Assembly: GCA_964632005.1 (NCBI GenBank)
Contig: CAZWAP010000014.1
Coordinates: forward strand, 13,893 to 37,892
Reading direction: 5' to 3'
Source: an uncultured Pirellulales bacterium
Lineage (GTDB): Bacteria; Planctomycetota; Phycisphaerae; Sedimentisphaerales; Anaerobacaceae
Length of the DNA: 24,000 nt
Below the pieces are notes generated by a model. That model was not told the origin of the DNA and ran no database searches. It saw nothing but the letters and a program-made list of their open reading frames with translations. Below are positions 17,653 to 24,000 of the stretch, piece after piece (position 1 is the first letter of the stretch; every line of letters begins with the position of its first letter). A program made the translations under genes and the position numbers.

Positions 17653-19851
17653 TTAGGGGGTTGGCACCGGTGGTGCGGACCTGGCATCGGCTGCGGTGGT
17701 GCCGATATAGCCGGCTTCTATCGCGAACTGGATGATCTGGCGGGCCAGGGGGGCCGCGTCGCTTGAGCCGTGCTGTCCGCCCTCGACGACCACCGCAATC
17801 GCGATGCTTCGCTGCCGGCTGTCGGTGGCAAAACCGCCGAACCAGGCGTTGTCGGGGTTTTCTGTCGAGCCGGTCTTGCCGTAGACCTTCACTCCCTGCC
17901 GGGCCAGCTTCTCCAGGACCGGCGCAAATTGCTTGTACGCCGTCCCGCCGGTCTCGTTGACAACGGCCCCCATTCCCTCGTAAACGACCGCCAGGGTCTC
18001 GGGTGATATCCCGAGGTCCACCTCGTTGGTCTCGGCCCGCATCTTCAGGTCGGCGTCGTTCGGGTCATCGAGGAACAGTTGGGGTTGTTTGTACCTGCCG
18101 CCACGGGCGATGACCGCCATCGCGTTTGCGACCTGCAGCGGGGTAACCAGGAGTTTGCCGTGACCTATCCCGAACCAGCGTCTTTCGCCGCGGCTCAGGG
18201 GTGGTACCTGCTCGAACCGGTATATTTTGCCCTTCGGCGCCCCGCTGGATATTCTGCCACATAGATGGCGGAAGTTCCTGCTAAATCTCGTCGCCTTGAT
18301 CCCCGCTGGAGGCGGCACGATGCTTCTGCCGTATCCAAACTTGAACAGCCACCGCTGGAGCTCACGGGGCTCGATCCGGTCGGCCAGACGCGAGAAATAG
18401 ATGTTGCAACTGCCCTTTATGGCGTTTCTGGCGTTGTTCTGCCAGAGGTTGCTATGGCCCATCCATTTGTACCTGTTGTATATCCAGCAGTTCGGCCAGC
18501 CTGGCGGGGCAGGCTGTGCGGGGCAGGCTATCACTTCGTCGGCGGTAACCACGCCCGTTTGCATTGCGGCTATCAGGATCAGGGGCTTGACGACGGAGCC
18601 CGGCGGGTACCACTGGTTTATGACGCGGTTTATCAGGGGGCTGTTTGTCGTATCCGCGGCCAGCTTGCTGAAATCATACCTGGCCTGGTTGAGGTCGAAA
18701 ACGGGCAGCGATACCATTGCAAGCACGTCGCCGCTGGGCACATCGATTACCACCGCGGCTATCCCGGGTCCGCAGTTCGGGTCGTACTCGTAGTCTGTGA
18801 GATACTGCTCTATTTCTTTCTGCAACTCTATGTCCAGTGTCAGGCGGACATCCTTGCCGAATTGTGTCTCGGTTCGGCTGACCAGATTGCGGTCTATGTC
18901 GTACACGAGCTCACCGCGTCTGCCGCGTAGGATGGCCTCGCAGACGTGCTCGACGCCGTCTTCTCTGCCGCAGAGTTCTCCACCTTGGTAGCTTGCGAGT
19001 CTGTCGTTTGCAAATAGCTCGATGTCTTCCTTGATCGTTGCTGGCCCGACCCACCCTATTGTCTGGGCGGCCACCGTGCCGTAGGGATAGAACCTGTGGT
19101 CCTTCGGCAGGATTTGGATCTGCTGGACGTCTATGAATTCCAGCTGGGCGGTGAAGACATCGTCGTCGGTCTTGAGGTCGAGCAGGGGCAGGAAGGCCTG
19201 CATTTTGCCTATGTCTGTGACCGCGGCAATCAGCCGGAGTCGGTCGGTCTCGTCGGGGAACTTCTTCTCGAAACTCTCAAGAGCGGCTGATAGGGGGACA
19301 CTCCTGGCGCCGCCGTACCTGGTGATTACCTGCTGGTCGGGGTCATTCCGCAGCCAGGCGAAGAACGTTCTGAGGTTCCATATCTGGTCGTTTATCCGTC
19401 GTATTTTGGCCTCGATTTGTTCCCGGTCGAAGCCGAAGCGCGCACATTTTTCGATGAGCAAGTGGAGGTCTCTGCGCTTTTCGGCCAGCTTGGCCTGGAA
19501 GTCCCGGCGGATATCAGCCAGGGCTGGATTGTTTTGTTTGCGTCTTGCCTCTTGCTCGGCTTTCAACAGGGCGGCTTTCTGGACGCGGTCGTCCAGGATC
19601 GAACACAACTGGTAGTTCACGCAGAGCTGAAATCTTGCCTGGTCGGTAGCGAGCACCCTGCCATTTCTATCGAGGATTCTGCCGCGTACAGTTCTTAGCT
19701 GGCGGGCGTAACTGCGCTGTCGCTTGAGCTCAGCAATCTGGTCCCGAACGGAGGTGCCGGGGAGAAGTTGCATCTGGGCGAGTCGTAGGATACAGACCGC
19801 CAGCAGGGCCGAGCAAACAGTCACAAAGATTTTGATTCGCTTTTCGTACAT
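17653..19851 (-). CDS. mrdA: Class B penicillin-binding protein, PBP2/MrdA-type elongasome transpeptidase with an enlarged N-terminal module
   Basis: RGRILDRNGRVLA (aa 56-68), FYPYG..AAQTIGWVG (aa 254-268), GSVVK (Ser419), SCN (481-483) and KTGST (659-663). It lies directly downstream of mreD. It is 732 aa long. Confidence 0.85.
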   Translation of the reverse strand: MYEKRIKIFVTVCSALLAVCILRLAQMQLLPGTSVRDQIAELKRQRSYARQLRTVRGRILDRNGRVLATDQARFQLCVNYQLCSILDDRVQKAALLKAEQEARRKQNNPALADIRRDFQAKLAEKRRDLHLLIEKCARFGFDREQIEAKIRRINDQIWNLRTFFAWLRNDPDQQVITRYGGARSVPLSAALESFEKKFPDETDRLRLIAAVTDIGKMQAFLPLLDLKTDDDVFTAQLEFIDVQQIQILPKDHRFYPYGTVAAQTIGWVGPATIKEDIELFANDRLASYQGGELCGREDGVEHVCEAILRGRRGELVYDIDRNLVSRTETQFGKDVRLTLDIELQKEIEQYLTDYEYDPNCGPGIAAVVIDVPSGDVLAMVSLPVFDLNQARYDFSKLAADTTNSPLINRVINQWYPPGSVVKPLILIAAMQTGVVTADEVIACPAQPAPPGWPNCWIYNRYKWMGHSNLWQNNARNAIKGSCNIYFSRLADRIEPRELQRWLFKFGYGRSIVPPPAGIKATRFSRNFRHLCGRISSGAPKGKIYRFEQVPPLSRGERRWFGIGHGKLLVTPLQVANAMAVIARGGRYKQPQLFLDDPNDADLKMRAETNEVDLGISPETLAVVYEGMGAVVNETGGTAYKQFAPVLEKLARQGVKVYGKTGSTENPDNAWFGGFATDSRQRSIAIAVVVEGGQHGSSDAAPLARQIIQFAIEAGYIGTTAADARSAPPVPTP

Positions 19852-19913
19852 TGCTGCTTGTGCATCGATACCCGCTACGATGTGCGGAATCTACGCGAAA
19901 CTCCCGGTGTCTC

Positions 19914-20417
19914 TTAGCGGGCAGGATACGCTTGCCTGGCAAGTCGCCCTGTCTTTATGCGCATCCACCACGCCGACGGTAAAAACAAGAAGGGTCCGAC
20001 CAAGGCCGAGTAGGTCGACATCCCGAAAAGCCCGGTCCACAGGTTTGGGGCGAGCGGCCGACCCTTGAGCAGTGCCAGGATATGGGCCAGAGCGCCGGCA
20101 AGAAACGCAGTAACGAATATGACCAGGCCCTGGTACGGCATTTTCTTGACGTTGACGATATGATGTACGTAAGCCAGGGCCGTACCCAGCAGCCCGAAGC
20201 TGATGGTGTACGGGCCCATCGGCATCGGCGAGCCGACGAGGTCGGCAGCAAAGCCGATCGCAAACGAAGTTATGATTGCCTGCCCACTGTCACCGTAGAT
20301 ACAGAAGAACACCAGAAGGATCAGCAGGAGGTTCGGGGCGATGTTCATATTAGTCAGCACACCGGCCTGGAGGACGGCGGCAAAGAGAACCAACGTTGTG
20401 AATCGCAACCACCTCAT
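19914..20417 (-). CDS. mreD: Rod shape-determining protein MreD
   Basis: 167 aa and polytopic hydrophobic (about 5 TM segments), positioned between mreC and mrdA. The N-terminus FTTLVLFAAVLQAGVL and the composition are typical of MreD. Confidence 0.8.
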   Translation of the reverse strand: MRWLRFTTLVLFAAVLQAGVLTNMNIAPNLLLILLVFFCIYGDSGQAIITSFAIGFAADLVGSPMPMGPYTISFGLLGTALAYVHHIVNVKKMPYQGLVIFVTAFLAGALAHILALLKGRPLAPNLWTGLFGMSTYSALVGPFLFLPSAWWMRIKTGRLARQAYPAR

Positions 20418-20469
20418 TGACGAACCTGATGTATCTGCACCACTCTTGTTCCGGCGCGCCTCAGATCAT

Positions 20470-21267
20470 TTACTTTCGGGCTTTCATCGTTATTACAACC
20501 ACGTCGTTCAGCTGTTCGATATCACAAACCGGCTCAACAATTGCATCCCAGAGGACGGCGCTTTGGCGGTTTCTTTCGCAGCGGACGACCCTGCCTATGA
20601 TCATAGGACTGCTGAGGAACCCCGGTTTGGCAGCGGCCATAACCTCGCTACCGGGCTTCGGCTTGTACTTGATCATCGGTATTCTTGCGCAGTTGCCCCC
20701 CATGCCTTGCATAAATCGCTTGGTGCCGGCGAGCTCAACAGCGATGTTGGATGTTGGGTTGGTGAACAATTTGACTCGTGCACCGCCAGCCGAGACGTCG
20801 CTGACAACTCCAATGATACTGTTGTCCGCCAGCACAAACTGACCGTCGGCGAGCCCGTAGTCCTTGCCCTTGTCGATGAACAGCTCTCCTCGGGCCTTGT
20901 CTATGGAGGCCGGGTATACCAGCGCCTCGACGATTTGTGCGCCGCCGAGTGGGAGTTTTTCCCGAAGCGCTGTTAGCTTCTGGATTCTGGCCTCGGCCTG
21001 TCTGAGCCGGGCCTCAAGGTTGGCGTTGTGGTTGAGCAGACGCCTGTATTGTTTACGCGAGACCACCTCGGAATCATCGAGTGGGCGGGTTGTCCGAACC
21101 GACAGAGAAATATTCTCGCCGATAGTCAGGGGCCAGTTGAATATACGCAGGAAAGCCAGCTGGAAGTTGTTTGTCCATTCTGAGGGGACGATGAGCAGGA
21201 TGATGCCGGCCAGCATAAACCAGGTGAATAACATTCGTCTGGAGACTTTGATTTGCTTTGCCGCCAT
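20470..21267 (-). CDS. mreC: Rod shape-determining protein MreC
   Basis: N-terminal TM, then a coiled segment (NANLEARLRQAEARIQKLTALRE), then the barrel signature IDKGKDYGLADGQFVLADNSIIGVVSDVSAGGARVKL and a second barrel (PGSEVMAAA...IIGRV). Confidence 0.85.
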   Translation of the reverse strand: MAAKQIKVSRRMLFTWFMLAGIILLIVPSEWTNNFQLAFLRIFNWPLTIGENISLSVRTTRPLDDSEVVSRKQYRRLLNHNANLEARLRQAEARIQKLTALREKLPLGGAQIVEALVYPASIDKARGELFIDKGKDYGLADGQFVLADNSIIGVVSDVSAGGARVKLFTNPTSNIAVELAGTKRFMQGMGGNCARIPMIKYKPKPGSEVMAAAKPGFLSSPMIIGRVVRCERNRQSAVLWDAIVEPVCDIEQLNDVVVITMKARK

Positions 21268-21331
21268 AATTCAGGCACATAATTGCAGCGGCTCCGCGAG
21301 GCGCGAAGGACTGCTGCTATGCTGTTGCGGG

Positions 21332-22387
21332 CTAATCCCATCCATACTCGTTGTGGTCCATTGTGTCTTTCCACGCCTCCAGGTTTTCGAGATAGACGCT
21401 CGTGCCGCGTGCCACGCAGCTGAGCGGGTCTTCGACCGTTTGAACCTTCAGGCCGGTGGCGTTTGCCAGCACTGTATCCATACCCCTGAGCAGGGCGCCT
21501 CCACCGCAGATGTGTATGCCGTTGTCTATCAGGTCGGCGGCAAGTTCCGGCTCGGCCTTCTCGAGAGTGGCTGTAACAGCGTCTATAATCGCAGCGATCG
21601 GGTCGCGCAACGCCTCGCGGATTTCCTCGCTCGTAATCACGATTTTTCTGGGCAGACCGGATATCGTGTCCCTGCCCGCTACTTCCATAGTCAATTCCTC
21701 TTCGAGGGGGGCGGCCGAGCCGATCTGGATCTTCACTTTTTCTGCTCTTGCTTCGCCGATGAGCAGGTTGTAGGTTTTCTTGAGGTGGTTGATTATCGAC
21801 TCGTCCATATCGTCGCCGCCGATTCGGATAGATTGGGCGGTTGCAATGTCCGCCAGGGACATAATTGCGACCTCGGTCGTTCCGCCTCCGACATCCACGA
21901 TCATTGAAGCTGTTGGGTCAGTGATCGGCAGGCCCGCCCCTATTCCCGCGGCCATCGGCTCATCCACGAGGTAAACCTTTCGCGCGCCGGCTCGCTCGGC
22001 GCTGTCCATGACCGCACGGCGTTCGACGGCCGTGATACCGCTCGGGACCGCTATCACCACGCGGGGGTTGACCAGATGGCCTCGACCGTGAACCTTGCGG
22101 ATGAAGTAGCCGAGCATCGCCTCGGTGATCTCAAAGTCGCTGATAACTCCGTCTTTTAAGGGCCTTATCGCGCTTATTGAGCCGGGTGTCTTGCCCAGCA
22201 TCTCCCGCGCCACCAGGCCTACCGCCTCGCCGTTGTTCAGGACGATATTTGTTCCTTTTCGGACAGCGACGACCGAGGGCTCATTGAGGACGATACCTTT
22301 ATCGCGGACACAGACCAGCGTGGTGCAGGTGCCCAGGTCGATACCCATATCCATACTGAACCAACCTAAAACTGTGTCCAACACCAC
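21332..22387 (-). CDS. mreB: Actin-like rod-shape protein MreB
   Basis: Track ORF 21332..22540, trimmed to GTG 22387, which is preceded by AAAGGAG with a 6-nt spacer. GWFSMDMGIDLGTCTTLV, LNEPSVVAV, AVPSGITAVERRAV, LVDEPMAAGIGAG, VDVGGGTTEVA and ICGGGALLRG. Confidence 0.92.
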   Translation of the reverse strand: MVLDTVLGWFSMDMGIDLGTCTTLVCVRDKGIVLNEPSVVAVRKGTNIVLNNGEAVGLVAREMLGKTPGSISAIRPLKDGVISDFEITEAMLGYFIRKVHGRGHLVNPRVVIAVPSGITAVERRAVMDSAERAGARKVYLVDEPMAAGIGAGLPITDPTASMIVDVGGGTTEVAIMSLADIATAQSIRIGGDDMDESIINHLKKTYNLLIGEARAEKVKIQIGSAAPLEEELTMEVAGRDTISGLPRKIVITSEEIREALRDPIAAIIDAVTATLEKAEPELAADLIDNGIHICGGGALLRGMDTVLANATGLKVQTVEDPLSCVARGTSVYLENLEAWKDTMDHNEYGWD

Positions 22388-22458
22388 TTTCGACTCCTTT
22401 CGCAGAAACGGGCTTTCCGGGAATAGTAAAGAGCGGTATCGTCGATGGCGCGAACTGC

Positions 22459-22620
22459 TTAAGGCATTGAGAAGACAACGCCGTAGTGCCTGTAGCATTG
22501 AATCAGCACAAACACGGCCACTGCTATCGACGCGCCGCACGCCACGGCGAGCATAGCAGTGTAGATGTTGTCCGGGGCCTTGATCTTCTTCTTGCCCTGG
22601 GGCTGTCCATTAGGACTCAT
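22459..22620 (-). CDS. Hypothetical 53-aa single-pass membrane peptide (below the ORF-track length cutoff)
   Basis: My own translation: MSPNGQPQGKKKIKAPDNIYTAMLAVACGASIAVAVFVLIQCYRHYGVVFSMP, with stop TAA. GAGG lies 7 nt upstream of ATG 22620. It has a Lys-rich N-tail followed by a roughly 22-residue hydrophobic helix. It sits between the coiled-coil gene and mreB on the same strand. Confidence 0.4.
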   Translation of the reverse strand: MSPNGQPQGKKKIKAPDNIYTAMLAVACGASIAVAVFVLIQCYRHYGVVFSMP

Positions 22621-22745
22621 ATATCAACCTCGCATCATACCAATAACCCTTCTTCCGGGATCCGCTGTACAAAAGGCCTGCGGCGTTGGCTTTGCATCCC
22701 GCGCCGGGTTGCCACCCTGCCGGTAGTGAGTCACGCTTGCCCGTC

Positions 22746-23645
22746 TTAGGTACCTATGTTCGTACTTACTTTGTCGCCGACTCTGGGCGGTGTCTGCACG
22801 AGCTCCAGAAACCCCACCGCTCTTTCGGCGTCAACGTCGAGAATCAGGATATTGCAGATAAACTTGTCGTCGCGCGTGACGTAGAATTTCATCTTTTCTT
22901 TCACTCCGTCCGCAGCCCCGATGGATATCTCCGCCAGCGAATTCTTCAAGTCAACCCGCGTTATCTGCCCTTTTAGCCCGATAGCCTTGATATCCTTGGC
23001 TGGCAGCGGGGGTGCCTGCGCGACCTCAGCCTTTTCTACTGTGGGCGGCTCGGCAGGAGGCCTCTCGGCGATGGTCTTGCCGTACTGCCGCAATAGTTGC
23101 TCCAGTCTGGTCTGGAACTGAGTTTTCTGTTTGGTAAGCTGCCTGGCCTGCTCTTCGAGCTGGCTGATTATGGCCATCTTTGCAAGCAGGGTGGTGGTGA
23201 GTTCCTTGTTCTGGCTGACCAACTTGTCGCGTTCGGCCCTGAGGTCTTTAAGCTCGGCCTCCATGTTTTGCAGCCAGGTCTCCCACTTGTCGTTTGACTC
23301 TTTGAAGTCCTTGACGATGCTGGTCCAGCCGGCGACCTGTACCAGCAGCTCCGATTTTTCCCTCTCGGACTGGTTGAGTTTTGCCTGCAGCTCTCCGATC
23401 TGGGCTTGAAGGTCGGAGATAGTACCGTTCAACTGTTTTTTTACCCGGTCCAGTTCATCCTGCATCTTGTTGCGGTCTTCAATGGCCTTGACGGCGTCGG
23501 CCTTTGCGGATTGCAGCTCCGAGATCCGCTGAGCCCACTTCGCCCTGTAGTTCTCAGCATTGGCCACGTATGTCGCCACGATCCCGCTGAGGAAGATTGA
23601 CGATACCGTCAGCAGAACGATCAAAACCTTCGTGAGTGTGCTCAC
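22746..23645 (-). CDS. Membrane-anchored coiled-coil protein with a small C-terminal beta-rich domain; function unknown
   Basis: GTG 23645 is preceded by AGGAG with a 6-nt spacer. The N-terminal TM is VLIVLLTVSSIFLSGIVATYV. About 170 aa of heptad-like Q/E/K/L-rich sequence follows, then a Pro-rich linker (ERPPAEPPTVEKAEVAQAPPLPA). The C-terminal 80 aa read GQITRVDLKNSLAEISIGAADGVKEKMKFYVTRDDKFICNILILDVDAERAVGFLE...GDKV. Confidence 0.7.
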   Translation of the reverse strand: MSTLTKVLIVLLTVSSIFLSGIVATYVANAENYRAKWAQRISELQSAKADAVKAIEDRNKMQDELDRVKKQLNGTISDLQAQIGELQAKLNQSEREKSELLVQVAGWTSIVKDFKESNDKWETWLQNMEAELKDLRAERDKLVSQNKELTTTLLAKMAIISQLEEQARQLTKQKTQFQTRLEQLLRQYGKTIAERPPAEPPTVEKAEVAQAPPLPAKDIKAIGLKGQITRVDLKNSLAEISIGAADGVKEKMKFYVTRDDKFICNILILDVDAERAVGFLELVQTPPRVGDKVSTNIGT

Positions 23646-23799
23646 ACCAGGCTCCTTTCACTTAACCCTTTTGTTCATTACACCCTCTGGGCCCGACGAA
23701 CAGACCTTACGGGGCTACGAGCCTTGCCGGACGGGTCCGATATTATACGAAGCAGCTAAGCACCGCTGATATGCCCCGACTGCGTACCTACACATTTTA

Positions 23800-23828
23800 A
23801 TTGTACGCCCTGAGCAACGACCGGTCAA
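23800..23828 (-). promoter_or_regulatory. Candidate promoter for the coiled-coil/mre operon (TTGACC-17 nt-TACAAT)
   Basis: The minus strand reads TTGACC (23823-23828), then 17 nt, then TACAAT (23800-23805). This implies a leader of roughly 145 nt before GTG 23645. Confidence 0.4.
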
Positions 23829-24000
23829 GCCATTTTTGGTCCTCCAATTCTGCAAAAGCCCCCAAAGCGTATTGCCCAAAGAGGACCAATCCCGCTCATC
23901 CCGAGCGTTCGGCGTCCCCGGGCTCATCGGCCCTCAATCTTTTATTCTGCTGCGCAGGACCGCCGCGGCGGCAGCCATCCTAACGGTTTTCGACTCGTCG

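Noticed and set aside
22388-22540. The 51-codon N-terminal extension of the mreB ORF in the track
   Set aside because: GTG 22387 has a near-perfect AAAGGAG 6 nt upstream and gives the canonical MreB N-terminus. The extension overlaps the 3' end of the better-supported 53-aa ORF in another frame.
23715-24000. Small ORFs at the right edge (23715..23927 minus, 23801..23983 plus), and a possible 3' end of a minus-strand gene entering from beyond 24000
   Set aside because: The ORFs overlap the predicted promoter and have no ribosome-binding site or motif. Two minus frames stay open from the window edge, stopping near 23934 and 23942. About 20 codons is too little to call a gene.

Overview
GC-rich bacterial chromosomal window that is almost fully coding. 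I saw no transposase, integrase, CRISPR array, rRNA or recognisable defence gene. Layout from left to right: (1) a plus-strand sulfur / Fe-S / NAD block, cysE (3' fragment)-nadA-metY-nifU-nifS. (2) A minus-strand run of Isf-like flavoprotein, proB, tRNA-Leu(CAA), rhomboid protease and an SDH/ClpP-fold serine protease. (3) Plus-strand hflK-hflC with a third, translationally coupled secreted gene that looks DUF3616-like. (4) About 410 nt of unassigned GC-rich spacer. (5) A short dcw-type cluster, mraZ - 69-aa ORF - rsmH - LysM bitopic protein - ftsL-like - ftsI, which stops abruptly. (6) Converging on it with an 8-nt gap, a minus-strand morphogenesis operon: membrane-anchored coiled-coil protein - 53-aa TM peptide (absent from the ORF track) - mreB - mreC - mreD - mrdA(PBP2). 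Several sigma70-like promoters with TAGAAT/TATAAT -10 boxes can be read directly. The best candidates for undescribed biology are uncharacterised genes embedded in envelope operons. These are the coiled-coil protein plus micropeptide ahead of mreB, the FtsN-like LysM protein and the small ORF inside the dcw cluster, and the secreted gene fused to hflKC. A PVC/Planctomycetota-like origin is a low-confidence guess, based on the fragmented dcw cluster with no ftsW, mur or ftsZ genes nearby. All functional calls come from motif recognition by eye; no searches were run.
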